From a virus, in the IMG/VR virus record IMGVR_UViG_3300023198_000559, positions 1 to 64,000 of that record: a stretch of 64,000 nucleotides of DNA. One strand, written 5' to 3'. The notes under the pieces were generated by a model, which was not told the DNA's origin, made no database searches, and saw only the letters and a program-made list of their open reading frames with translations. The position numbers and the translations under genes are program-made. This document shows positions 36,275-46,566 of the stretch, piece after piece; the stretch's first letter is position 1; every line of letters begins with the position of its first letter.

Positions 36275-36842
36275 TACAGATGAGAACTTTTGGGTAGCTA
36301 ATCCACAGTTCAAGAACATTCAGCCTTTCAAGGGGCTACATAATTCTGATAAGTCACGAAACAAGGCTACTTCATCTAAGACAATGTGGTATGTGGCCCA
36401 GGTAGTTGATACCAGTAAAGACAACATATTTCGTAACGTTCCGTATGATGAAAGGATATCTTTGTTGTCTATAGATTTCATGAATGACGCTGATTTCTAT
36501 GATAAGAATGAGGACTTACTAGAGAAACTAATTAAAACATATCACCTATTACATACTACACCTGCATTAAAAGCAATGGAAGAATGGGATGAAAAAATGG
36601 TTCAAAGAGCTAAATTCATTAAGACTACTGCTTATACAATGGATAAATATGAAATGGATCCTGCTAAAGGAACCATGGTGAAGATACCCGGGAATGCCAA
36701 AGTCTTGGATGATATGATGAAAAATACCGCAGCAATCTATAATATGTATCACCAGATTATGAAGTCTCTTGCAGAAGAGGATGAAGATCAACAAGTTAAA
36801 GGTGGACAAACACTAAGCTTATCTGACCAAGGAGATATTTAA
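36252..36842 (+). CDS. protein upstream of terminase (possible small terminase)
   Basis: Position; C-terminal VKGG..LS. Confidence 0.55.
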   Translation: MSLIKSFDTDENFWVANPQFKNIQPFKGLHNSDKSRNKATSSKTMWYVAQVVDTSKDNIFRNVPYDERISLLSIDFMNDADFYDKNEDLLEKLIKTYHLLHTTPALKAMEEWDEKMVQRAKFIKTTAYTMDKYEMDPAKGTMVKIPGNAKVLDDMMKNTAAIYNMYHQIMKSLAEEDEDQQVKGGQTLSLSDQGDI

Positions 36843-39064
36843 TGGTAGGCTACGGAACTTATAAGAAAACAATAATACCATCTATGAACCCTTATTCAAG
36901 GGAGTATAAAGAATTCTGGAAAGGTGAGAAGAAGAAATGTGTTGATGGAGTTTGGATGGAAGGTAAATACATGCCTGGTATCTTATACTTTTTCGTAAAT
37001 TTTTGGACTATAGAATTAAATAAGAATCCTACATCTAAGGTGAAGACCTTAGGACAACCTTTCTTGAGAGATTTGGAGTGGGAACGTGCTTACTATACAA
37101 TTGAAGCTAGGGGATTCTCTGGCTTTATGGATGATCCTGATGTGACTTGTCATAGAGGAGCAACCGCAGACTACAGCGAAGATGAATGGAATGTCTTACC
37201 AAAATCTTGTTATAAGGAGGATGGTAAGACACTCAAGCGTTTCGTAGAACCTCGAGAATATTTATTTACAATACATACTAAGAATCTAGGAGATCCATTA
37301 TTCGAAAACGAGGCCATGAATGTTATTGACATTGAGGCTCGTGGTGGTGGTAAATCTTTCTGGATGAGTGTAACTGTAGCTCATAATTTCCTTATGGATG
37401 GAGCTACTAATTATGATGAGTATTTAGAGGGCAAAGAAAAGGAAGAACCCTTCACTTCTGAGACCTTAGTAGGTGCGATTGATAGTTTCTATTCAAATAC
37501 TTTATTGCACAAGGTACGCCTCGGCTTAAACAACCTGAGAGGCAGTATGACGTATGCGAGAAAGAATCATCCGTCACCTTTATCTAAGGCTTTCTCTGGG
37601 TCCTGGACTTCAGGTAAATTTGTTGAGGCTATGGTTGATGTAAAGACCGGTGGTAACTGGGAGAGGAAAGGATCTGGATCTAAGATACAACACAGATCAT
37701 TCAAAGATAATCCTTACGCTGGTAATGGTACTCGCCCGGGATGGTCATGTTTTGAGGAGATTGGTTTCTTTGATAACCTTATTGAGGCGCTAGGTCAGAT
37801 GAAGGAAGCGACAGCTGATGGAGCAGTTAAGTTTGGGTCCATTTGGATGTCAGGTACAGGTGGTGACATGGTTGGTGGAGCTACAGAAGCTGCAAAAGAA
37901 GTGTTCTATAATCCTGAAAAATACGATTGTATTGCCTTCGATGACGAATATGAGAACAATCCTTTTAAGATTGGAATGTTTATGCCGGCCTGGAAAACAC
38001 TTAACCAATTTAAGGATGATAAAGGTTATACAGTAAGGGAACCTGCTGTGAAATTCCTAGAGAAGGCCAGGGATAAGGCCGCTCAGGGTAAGGATAAACA
38101 ATCACATAATGACGAACTTCAACAGCGTCCTATTGTACCTAGTGAAGCATTCTTGCTAACAACTGGAAACATCTTCCCTATTGGAGATCTAATCGATCAT
38201 TTAGCTTGGTTAGAAACTTGTACAGATGGAGATGTTATAGGTCAAGCTGGTAGAATGGTAGTTGTACGAGAAGAGGTGGTCGAAGGTGAAGAACCTAAAG
38301 AAGAGAAGTTCGAGTTTAAGCCTTACTTAAAGAAAACTGATCCTGTTCCTTGCGACTATCCTGTTAAGAAAGGTACTGTATCTACTGGAGCTATCCAGAT
38401 CTGGGAGCATCCAGACCCTAATGCAGCCTATGGTTGGTACATTGCTGGTAATGACCCTTACGATTTAGATGAAGCTCCCAACAGTTCTTCACTAGGTTCT
38501 CTTATTTTAATGAAGAGAGCTACTGTAGGTTCTGGTAATCACGACAAAATAGTTGCTGAATATACAGCTAGACCTGATTCTGCTAAGGAATATTATGAGC
38601 AAGCCAGGAGACTTCTTATATACTATGGAGCTCTTTGTTTGTATGAAAATGAAAAAATTGGGATCAAGACTTACTTTGAACAAAAACATTCACTATATTT
38701 GCTAGCTTATACACCTACTGTTCTTAAGTCTAACCAGTCTTCTAAAGTTAGTAGGGTATATGGGCAGAACATGCATAAGACTATTTCAAAAGATGGTAAG
38801 AGCAAGGGCCCTAAAGCTGAACTTGAAGTTTACTTACGAGATTGGTTACAGGAAAGTGTTGGAGACGGGAAGATGCAACTACATTATATCTACTCTAAAC
38901 CAATTGTTAAGGAGCTTATCTCTTATAATGATGTAGGTAACTACGATAGAATTATAGCTTTAATGCTAGCAGTAGCACAAAGAGAACAAATGTACAATGT
39001 AGCAATTGAAAAGAAAGTAGAAATAGAAAGAGACCCTTACTTTGATAGAGGATTTTTCCAATAA
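36842..39064 (+). CDS. terL: terminase large subunit
   Basis: ARGGGKS Walker A, FEEIG Walker B, GTGG, GNDPYD and NYDR nuclease motifs. Confidence 0.93.
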   Translation: MVGYGTYKKTIIPSMNPYSREYKEFWKGEKKKCVDGVWMEGKYMPGILYFFVNFWTIELNKNPTSKVKTLGQPFLRDLEWERAYYTIEARGFSGFMDDPDVTCHRGATADYSEDEWNVLPKSCYKEDGKTLKRFVEPREYLFTIHTKNLGDPLFENEAMNVIDIEARGGGKSFWMSVTVAHNFLMDGATNYDEYLEGKEKEEPFTSETLVGAIDSFYSNTLLHKVRLGLNNLRGSMTYARKNHPSPLSKAFSGSWTSGKFVEAMVDVKTGGNWERKGSGSKIQHRSFKDNPYAGNGTRPGWSCFEEIGFFDNLIEALGQMKEATADGAVKFGSIWMSGTGGDMVGGATEAAKEVFYNPEKYDCIAFDDEYENNPFKIGMFMPAWKTLNQFKDDKGYTVREPAVKFLEKARDKAAQGKDKQSHNDELQQRPIVPSEAFLLTTGNIFPIGDLIDHLAWLETCTDGDVIGQAGRMVVVREEVVEGEEPKEEKFEFKPYLKKTDPVPCDYPVKKGTVSTGAIQIWEHPDPNAAYGWYIAGNDPYDLDEAPNSSSLGSLILMKRATVGSGNHDKIVAEYTARPDSAKEYYEQARRLLIYYGALCLYENEKIGIKTYFEQKHSLYLLAYTPTVLKSNQSSKVSRVYGQNMHKTISKDGKSKGPKAELEVYLRDWLQESVGDGKMQLHYIYSKPIVKELISYNDVGNYDRIIALMLAVAQREQMYNVAIEKKVEIERDPYFDRGFFQ

Positions 39065-39077
39065 CAAATATAACTAA

Positions 39078-41549
39078 ATGGCATACTCCGTAACAGACAA
39101 CCCTTACAGTCACAGTCTTCCACCACAGAAACTCGCAACCGCACGCAAAGGAGAGAAGTGGAAAAAAGATTCTGTAGACGCTATAGTTAACTTATCTTCA
39201 CAGACCACTAATAACAACAGGTCTAGTAAGTTTAACAAGCAAACTAACTACAACCTTTACAACTCTATCTTCAATGAGAGTGACTTCAATTACATACTAA
39301 ACCCTATGGGTCTTAAAGGTAACTTTGCTAAAGTTGCTACTAAAATGAAGGCCTATAATATCATTAGACCTAAAATAGAATTACTTAAAGGAGAGGAAAT
39401 GCAAAGACCATTTTCTTTTCGCGTTAGGGCTACTAGTGGTGAGGTAGTATCACAAAAGCAAGACGAGAAGCGTAAAGCTATCCTGGAACATTTACAAGCT
39501 AGGTTAATTCAGAATCAAGGACAAGAAGGTGAAGAAGCACAGCCTTTGGATAGTATCCAGAAATACTTTAAATCACAATACATTCATCCTAGAGAAGTAA
39601 CTGCTAATCAGATTCTACAATATGGAATCGAGGCAGAAGAACTTAAGCGTAAATTTAATGCGGGATGGGAACATGCTTTAATCTCTTCAGAAGAAGTCTA
39701 TTATGTTGGTACTCATAATAATGAACCAAAAGTACGAGTAGTAAATCCTTTAAACTTTGATTATGATAAATCACTCGAGCTTCGTAGTATAGAAGATGCC
39801 CAGTGGGCCAAAGAAGAACGTTGGTTATCGATAGGAGAAGTTATTGACCTTTATGGTGAAGGATTAACTGATACAGAAATTGATCGCCTGGATAAAGGTG
39901 AAGTGGGGTATCCCATGAATAAGATGACATATTACCCTGGTTTCGCTTATCAAATGAGTGAAATGGAGGGTAATCCAATTAATGCGAATACAGGTATAGG
40001 TAATCAACAAAGTACTTCTGGTTCGCATGTGTACGTGGTAAACGTAGTTTGGAAGAGCCTGAGAAAGATAGGCTTCCTGACTTACGTTGATCCGCGTACC
40101 GGGAAAGAAAATGAAACTATAGTATCAGAAGATTTTGAGATGACTCAAGATATTAAGGATGCTGGAGGTACTCTGCGTTGGCGCTGGATTAATGAGGTTT
40201 GGGAAGGTACTAGAATTGGTGATGATATGTATGTAAACGTAAGACCTTTACACAACCAGTTCAAAGACATGAATAACCCTGGTGAGTGCAAACTCCCTTA
40301 TATTGGGTATGTATTCAACTCAGTTAACTCTATGGCTACTTCTCTAGTAGACTTAGTTAAGCCTCATCAATACACTTATATGGTAATCTGGTGGAGGTTA
40401 GAGCAAGAACTTGCTAAGGCTAAAGGTAGAAAACTTGTAATGGACTATGCTAAGATGCCTAAATCTATGGGTCTTACCATGGACGAATGGATCTACCATT
40501 TTGATAATACAGGTATTATATGGGTGAATTCTATGGAAGAGGGTAAGAAAGGTGACCCTAATAGTATCTCACAATTGAACCAAATGGCCGGTGTTGATTT
40601 ATCCCTATCTAAAGTAGTAGGACAATACCTTGAGGTATTAAGAGAATTAGAAGATCAAGTAGATAGAATTACTGGTATCTCTCGTCAACGCGAGGCTGAT
40701 ATTAAAGCTTCTGAAACTGTGGGTGGAGTAGAAAGAGCTGTTCAGCAGTCTACTAGCATTACAGAACCTTGGTTCTTCTACCATAACCAGGTTAAACAAA
40801 AAGTACTTAACGCGTACATTCATACATTTAGAGCTTCGGCTTATGGTAATAAGAAACTTCAATACATTGTAAACGACGTCGAGACTGCTATTCTAGAAGT
40901 AGATGGTACTGAATTCGATGATACTAACTACAACGTATTTGTAACTGATAGTATTAAAGACGCTAGAATCAAGCATAAGCTTGAAGGTCTTGTACAGGTT
41001 GCGTTACAACAAGAGAAGGTTAAATTATCTGATATCATTAAGATTTACAAATCTGAGAGTATCTCTGAGATTGAAGGTGAGATTGTTTCTTCAGAACAAG
41101 AGTTTGAGCAGAATCAACAGGCTTCTATTGAACAAGCACAAGAAGCTGAGGCTAACGCTAAAGCAGAAGAACAAGCTTGGGAGAGAGAAAAACATGATGA
41201 TGAAATGTTGGATAAGCAACTTGATCGAGAAAATAAGCTTGAAGTAGAGACTGTTAAGGCCATGGGCTTTGCTGAGAATACTGATGTTAATGAAAACCAG
41301 GTTCCGGATGTGTTAGAGTATAGTAAAATACATCTAGAACAAGGTCGAGATGCTTTTAACCAGGCGCTCGAAAAAGGTAAACTAGGAGCTCAAATATCGA
41401 AAGATCAAGCAGATATCAAAATCAAATCTCGAGAATTAGATATTAAAGAGAAAGACATATCATCTAAAGAAAGGATGAACACAGCAAACAATAAAACCGC
41501 CCTTAAAAACAAAGTAGTTGGTGAGGGTAAATCAAAATCTAAGAAATAA
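39078..41549 (+). CDS. portal protein
   Basis: 823 aa after terL; YNIIRPKIELLKGEE, ITGISRQR. Confidence 0.9.
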   Translation: MAYSVTDNPYSHSLPPQKLATARKGEKWKKDSVDAIVNLSSQTTNNNRSSKFNKQTNYNLYNSIFNESDFNYILNPMGLKGNFAKVATKMKAYNIIRPKIELLKGEEMQRPFSFRVRATSGEVVSQKQDEKRKAILEHLQARLIQNQGQEGEEAQPLDSIQKYFKSQYIHPREVTANQILQYGIEAEELKRKFNAGWEHALISSEEVYYVGTHNNEPKVRVVNPLNFDYDKSLELRSIEDAQWAKEERWLSIGEVIDLYGEGLTDTEIDRLDKGEVGYPMNKMTYYPGFAYQMSEMEGNPINANTGIGNQQSTSGSHVYVVNVVWKSLRKIGFLTYVDPRTGKENETIVSEDFEMTQDIKDAGGTLRWRWINEVWEGTRIGDDMYVNVRPLHNQFKDMNNPGECKLPYIGYVFNSVNSMATSLVDLVKPHQYTYMVIWWRLEQELAKAKGRKLVMDYAKMPKSMGLTMDEWIYHFDNTGIIWVNSMEEGKKGDPNSISQLNQMAGVDLSLSKVVGQYLEVLRELEDQVDRITGISRQREADIKASETVGGVERAVQQSTSITEPWFFYHNQVKQKVLNAYIHTFRASAYGNKKLQYIVNDVETAILEVDGTEFDDTNYNVFVTDSIKDARIKHKLEGLVQVALQQEKVKLSDIIKIYKSESISEIEGEIVSSEQEFEQNQQASIEQAQEAEANAKAEEQAWEREKHDDEMLDKQLDRENKLEVETVKAMGFAENTDVNENQVPDVLEYSKIHLEQGRDAFNQALEKGKLGAQISKDQADIKIKSRELDIKEKDISSKERMNTANNKTALKNKVVGEGKSKSKK

Positions 41550-41866
41550 TGAGTGAAGTAAAATCAGCAACACGTACTAAAAAGGAACGCAAAATAGGAA
41601 GCGTGAACCTAAGTAGTAATGAATTACCCGAAATTAAAGAATGGGGAATCAAAGGCGAGTATGAAATAACAATGAAGGTGAAGATGACCTCTATCTCAGA
41701 AGTAGATAATTGGGATCTAGAACAATACTCAAACCTCTCAAAGAATGACGTTATGGCACGATTTGATATCGTGAAGGTAGTTAGTCCTAAAAAGGAAGCT
41801 GCTAAAAAACAACGTGCAGAAGAGAATAGAGGTAGATTACATAATCCAGTAACTTATACAAAATAA
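41549..41866 (+). CDS. hypothetical protein
   Basis: Coupled ORF. Confidence 0.65.
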   Translation: MSEVKSATRTKKERKIGSVNLSSNELPEIKEWGIKGEYEITMKVKMTSISEVDNWDLEQYSNLSKNDVMARFDIVKVVSPKKEAAKKQRAEENRGRLHNPVTYTK

Positions 41867-41867
41867 C

Positions 41868-42155
41868 ATGGCAAACACAGAACCCGGTAAACGAAAAAGC
41901 GGTAAGAAAGCTGCAGTAGCTTTTAATAATCCCTTTAGATTCAAGAGTACATTACCTACAATTAAACCTTTAGCAACTCCAAAAGCACCGGTAGTAGCTG
42001 ATGATGGTACGTATACTGTTTTTAATAGTGGAACTAAGAAAACAATTAGATATAATGCTGATGGTACTCCTTTTAGAAAGGCTAGACCAAAGGGAAGAAG
42101 ACTTGTACCAGCGGGTGCAGGAGGTAGAGGCTTTAGAGTAAAGCAAGCAAAGTAG
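41868..42155 (+). CDS. small basic protein
   Basis: K/R/P-rich ORF. Confidence 0.6.
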   Translation: MANTEPGKRKSGKKAAVAFNNPFRFKSTLPTIKPLATPKAPVVADDGTYTVFNSGTKKTIRYNADGTPFRKARPKGRRLVPAGAGGRGFRVKQAK

Positions 42156-42256
42156 CTTTAGGGCCAGGAAAACAGAAAGTATTTTAGAAAAGTGTCACAA
42201 AAGTTGTGATACTTTATAATAGATATTCTATATTTGAACTTTATAACAACAAAACA

Positions 42257-43501
42257 ATGGCAAAAGATAAAGATGGTAAGGAAATTGAGGATGAAAATTT
42301 CTCAACTGACTTAAAAGGAACGTTCTTTGATACCTTTCAATTTAGTGAAGAAGATGCTCCCTTAAAGGAGAAGACAGAAGTCGCTAAGGAAGAAACCAAG
42401 GAAGAACCTGAGAAAAAGGAGACTGAAGAGGCTCCTGAGAAAAAAGAAACTGAGGAAGAGACTAAGGAGGAACAAACTCCTGAGGAACTCCAAGTAGAAA
42501 TCGAAACTATCGCTACTGCTCTTAAGGAGAAGAACGCAGATGAACTCGATGATGACGAGAAACAGTTTCTAGAGGATTACGAGAAAGGTGATCTTAAGGA
42601 ATACACTCCGGGAAAGAAAGAGGAAAAGGAAGAGGAAGAAGGAGAGAAGGCAGGTTACGATGTATTAGCTAAAACCTTGATAGACAAGGGAGTATTAGAA
42701 AATGATGACGACCTAGAAGACACAGAAGAAAGCTTCTCGTCTGTAATTACTAAAACTGTAGACAAAAAAGTAGATGATTACCTGGCAGAGATTCCAGAAG
42801 AATATAAGAACATCATAGACTTTATGCGTACAGGAGGTAATGCTCAAGAGTATTTACAGTCTAAGGCCCGTATCGATTATGATAACCTTGACCTAAAGAA
42901 ACCTGAGATACAAGATGCTCTAATTCGTGAAGATTTACGTCTCCAGGGATATGACCAAAACGATATCGATGAGAAGGTTCAGGACTACAGAGACTTAGAG
43001 AAATCTGAGAAAGAAGCTACTAAAGCTTCTAAAGGATTTTCAAAGCAGCAGGACGATAGAATCGCTGCTTATGATAAGTCAATTGCAGATGGGATTAAAG
43101 CTCAAGATGCAGCAGAAGAAGCAGAGGTAGAGGAATTGAGTGCCGCTATTGATAAGTTAACTGAGATAGCAGGATTTAAGCTCACTAAGAAACGAAGAGA
43201 AGCTTTTAAGAAGTATTTATTTGAAACAGACGCAGAAGGCGAAACTGCAGCAAGTAAAGCTTCAAAAGGTATTGACAATAGAATCAATCTGTACTTTATG
43301 GATTTTGTTGGTTACAATTTTGACGACCTAGAAAGGTCAGTAACTACCAAGAAAACTAAAGATTTCAGTAAACTTCTAAGTAGATATAAAGATAAATCTA
43401 CGAAAGTAACAGGTGTTGTGGTTGAAGAAAAGAACCCGAATCCTGAAGAACAAGAACTTAAGATTCCTAGCATGTTTAGCAAGGGTCCTGAGGACGATTA
43501 A
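42257..43501 (+). CDS. acidic scaffold-like protein preceding the major capsid gene
   Basis: Start MAKDKD; very E/D/K-rich; crAss synteny. Confidence 0.75.
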   Translation: MAKDKDGKEIEDENFSTDLKGTFFDTFQFSEEDAPLKEKTEVAKEETKEEPEKKETEEAPEKKETEEETKEEQTPEELQVEIETIATALKEKNADELDDDEKQFLEDYEKGDLKEYTPGKKEEKEEEEGEKAGYDVLAKTLIDKGVLENDDDLEDTEESFSSVITKTVDKKVDDYLAEIPEEYKNIIDFMRTGGNAQEYLQSKARIDYDNLDLKKPEIQDALIREDLRLQGYDQNDIDEKVQDYRDLEKSEKEATKASKGFSKQQDDRIAAYDKSIADGIKAQDAAEEAEVEELSAAIDKLTEIAGFKLTKKRREAFKKYLFETDAEGETAASKASKGIDNRINLYFMDFVGYNFDDLERSVTTKKTKDFSKLLSRYKDKSTKVTGVVVEEKNPNPEEQELKIPSMFSKGPEDD

Positions 43502-43530
43502 ATTTGTAACTTTTTAAATTAATATATATT

Positions 43531-44994
43531 ATGGCAATGGAACAAGCAGCAGTATCCCCCTTACAGTTACTACAACTACGTAGATTACCTGTGGGTATGA
43601 CTGAGAGTTCACACTTATCAAATGCATATCTTACAGAACCTGAGAAAATGGACTCTGTTCTAGCTTATGCCTTTGGTACACAGAACAAGACGGTACTTTC
43701 GATGTTAACAGGCGGAATTGGAAACACTAAGACTATCTCTAATAGAGAGTATAAGTGGGACCTACATGGTATGAACGAGCAATCGATTCCTATCTCTTCA
43801 GCTCCTGGTACATCAAGTGTTACACCTGGTTTAGGTGGTGCACCTTTCAAAGTAAAATTTGGCGACAAGTTTTTTGCAGTAACTGATAACTTGGTATCTG
43901 ATTTAGGTACACAGGTTAGAGTACAAGCAGAACCTCAACCAGAAGGTAGCGACTGGGTTTATACATTAGTATTAACTGACCCAGATGGCTCTAAATTTAT
44001 TGACCCTGCAGATATAGCAGTAGGCGCTAGGTTTAGTAAAGACTTCTCTTCTGTTGGAGAATTCTCTGCGAAAGGTGGAGGAACCAACTTCACAGCTCCA
44101 ATGACATTAACTAACCAGTTAACAACATTACGTAAAGAGTACACAGTTACTCGTAGTGCTGCTACTGATGTTATGATCATTGAGATGACTGCAGATGATG
44201 GTCAGAAAACACGTCTTTGGACTAAGCTAGCAGAGTGGACTGCTCTTGCTCAGTGGTACAAAGAAGTGGATAGAGCTATGCTCTATACGATTTATAATAA
44301 AAATCCTCAAGGACATGTAACTCTTCAAGGAGAGAATAAGCGTCCTGTTTATCATGGTGCGGGATTACGTCAGCAGATTTCACCTGCTAACATCCGTTAC
44401 TACTCAAAACTTACTTATGAAATCCTAGACAACTTCCTATTGGATCTGTCTTACTCAGCTAGTCGTTGGGGCGGGGATCATAAATTTGTTGCGCTTACCG
44501 GTAAGATGGGAATGCGTGAATTCCACAGAGCTATTGTTGCAGAACAAAACGCACTTGGAATTACAGTAACAGATCATGGTACATTCATTAGTGGTTCTGG
44601 TCAGGAATTAACATTCCAGGGACAATTCACAACTGTTAAATTCCTTAATGGAATTGAGTTGACAGTGAAGGAATTCCCTGAGTATGACGACATTGTAAGA
44701 AATCGTCAGTTACATCCTGTATCTAAGAAGCCTATTGAGTCATATAGATTTACAATCCTAAACTTTGGTCGTAAGAATGGAAAATCTAACATCCGTAAGG
44801 TTGTTAAGAAGAACAGTGATAATGCCATGTGGCACGTTGCAGGTTCTACAACTCCATTTGGTGATGTAGCTAAGTCTATGTCAACGATGAGAAGTTCAGG
44901 AATTGACGGATATCAAGTACATATGCTTACTGAGGGTGGTGTTCAGTTGGAAGACCCAACATCATCAGGCGAGCTTATTATGCGCTTGAACTAG
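43531..44994 (+). CDS. major capsid protein
   Basis: 487 aa; NREYKW, LTTLRKEY, GAGLRQQI; synteny; followed by a long hairpin (45012-45059). Confidence 0.9.
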   Translation: MAMEQAAVSPLQLLQLRRLPVGMTESSHLSNAYLTEPEKMDSVLAYAFGTQNKTVLSMLTGGIGNTKTISNREYKWDLHGMNEQSIPISSAPGTSSVTPGLGGAPFKVKFGDKFFAVTDNLVSDLGTQVRVQAEPQPEGSDWVYTLVLTDPDGSKFIDPADIAVGARFSKDFSSVGEFSAKGGGTNFTAPMTLTNQLTTLRKEYTVTRSAATDVMIIEMTADDGQKTRLWTKLAEWTALAQWYKEVDRAMLYTIYNKNPQGHVTLQGENKRPVYHGAGLRQQISPANIRYYSKLTYEILDNFLLDLSYSASRWGGDHKFVALTGKMGMREFHRAIVAEQNALGITVTDHGTFISGSGQELTFQGQFTTVKFLNGIELTVKEFPEYDDIVRNRQLHPVSKKPIESYRFTILNFGRKNGKSNIRKVVKKNSDNAMWHVAGSTTPFGDVAKSMSTMRSSGIDGYQVHMLTEGGVQLEDPTSSGELIMRLN

Positions 44995-45096
44995 GAAGAT
45001 TCATCTTTTGTTGTTAGTTGAAGTATAGGGGTTTCGGCTCCTGTACTTCTAACTTAACAGCAGATTTTTATTACTAACAAACAAAACAACAACAAA

Positions 45097-45855
45097 ATGA
45101 TACTAAAATTAGAAAAGGCGAGAATTGACAATTGGACAAAACGTAAATTCTTTGAAGGCACAGCAGCCAAAATTGGTCCAAGTCTAGACAAGATGGGGCA
45201 ACCTGTCACTGGTCTAAAAGACTTAAAAGAAGAGCAAAAGTTTGAAAAGCTTTTAGGGTTACCTGCAGGAACACTTGCTAAGAACTCTAACTACTGGAAT
45301 GAGATTATGATTATAGTAGATGCTGAAGGTACTTTATTTGACGATACAGTAGCAGAACATCAACTATTACTCAAGTTTCTTAGAGCACAATCGCTTGTAG
45401 CTGAAGGAACTAAAGAACTTCTAACTAATGCCAGAGCAGAATATGTTCTAGTAAATGAGGAAGAAGAAAAGGTAGAGAAGAACAAAGGACGTAGATTGAA
45501 GAATGAGGCACTTAAGAAAGTGGCGAAATTGGATCCTGCAGAGCTTAAAGGTTTAGTATTTATGTATGGACATAATCCTACAAGTATGACTCCTGATGGC
45601 GTTGAAGACTTTATCTTCGAAAAGGTTGAACAAGATCCTGCTACATTCAATTTGATTGTAGAAGATCCAGCCAGGGAAGCAAAAGTCTTTGTTCACAATC
45701 TGCATAAGGCAGAATTGCTAGAGGTACGAGGAGGAGCGTATATGTACAATGGTGAGGTACTTGCCTATGGACTAGATGCTACTGCACACTTACTTCAAAA
45801 GAAAGATAAGCAGGAGTTAAGAATTGCTCTTGAGAAACAACTAATAGAGAAATAA
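45097..45855 (+). CDS. crAss-like protein downstream of the major capsid gene
   Basis: Synteny with the crAss head module. Confidence 0.65.
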   Translation: MILKLEKARIDNWTKRKFFEGTAAKIGPSLDKMGQPVTGLKDLKEEQKFEKLLGLPAGTLAKNSNYWNEIMIIVDAEGTLFDDTVAEHQLLLKFLRAQSLVAEGTKELLTNARAEYVLVNEEEEKVEKNKGRRLKNEALKKVAKLDPAELKGLVFMYGHNPTSMTPDGVEDFIFEKVEQDPATFNLIVEDPAREAKVFVHNLHKAELLEVRGGAYMYNGEVLAYGLDATAHLLQKKDKQELRIALEKQLIEK

Positions 45856-45856
45856 T

Positions 45857-46507
45857 ATGACTGAAATAGAAGCAGCACAAAAATTTAAAGTAGAGTTAAA
45901 CAAACTAGATAGGTCTTCAGCTATAGACGTCCGTATCGAAAAGGTACTACACTATCTAAATAAAGCTGCACTATTTCTAGTTAAAAGGAAGTATAAAGGA
46001 GATGATCCAGGGCCAGGTCGATTAGAGGTTAATCACCCGGTACTGGATGATCTTAAGGTTCTTATCACGGAGGTGACTCCTGATTTTACTAGTGAGGATT
46101 CAGAAACAAGTATTGATTTTGAAGACGATCATTTATATTTCTTATCATGTAGAATTAGTACTAGTAACGAACTAAATACTACTCCTGCGTGGCGTGAAGG
46201 AAGGTATGTGAAACCTGAAAGAGTTTATAAGGAATTAGAAGATCCTTTCAATACCTCACATTTAGATGATCCTATGGTAAGCCTTATTGGGAATGCCCTG
46301 GTTGTTTATAATACAGATTTCACAATTAACAACATTAAGATAAAGTATTTAAAGACTCCTATAACGATTACCGGATCGGCTAGTATAATGGAGTTACCTT
46401 TTGCTGATGAGATTATTGATGTGGCCACTACAATGGCTCTTGAAAACTTTGAAAGTGAAAGAATTAAGTCACAGCCCGGAATTAGTGTGGTGACTGCTAG
46501 TGAGTAA
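45857..46507 (+). CDS. tail ring protein
   Basis: YLKxP and EIIDxA ring/adaptor pattern; synteny. Confidence 0.65.
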   Translation: MTEIEAAQKFKVELNKLDRSSAIDVRIEKVLHYLNKAALFLVKRKYKGDDPGPGRLEVNHPVLDDLKVLITEVTPDFTSEDSETSIDFEDDHLYFLSCRISTSNELNTTPAWREGRYVKPERVYKELEDPFNTSHLDDPMVSLIGNALVVYNTDFTINNIKIKYLKTPITITGSASIMELPFADEIIDVATTMALENFESERIKSQPGISVVTASE

Positions 46508-46566
46508 TCAATAAATTGATTATATTTGAATAAATTATTATTATTAACTTTTAAACATTAAGAAAA

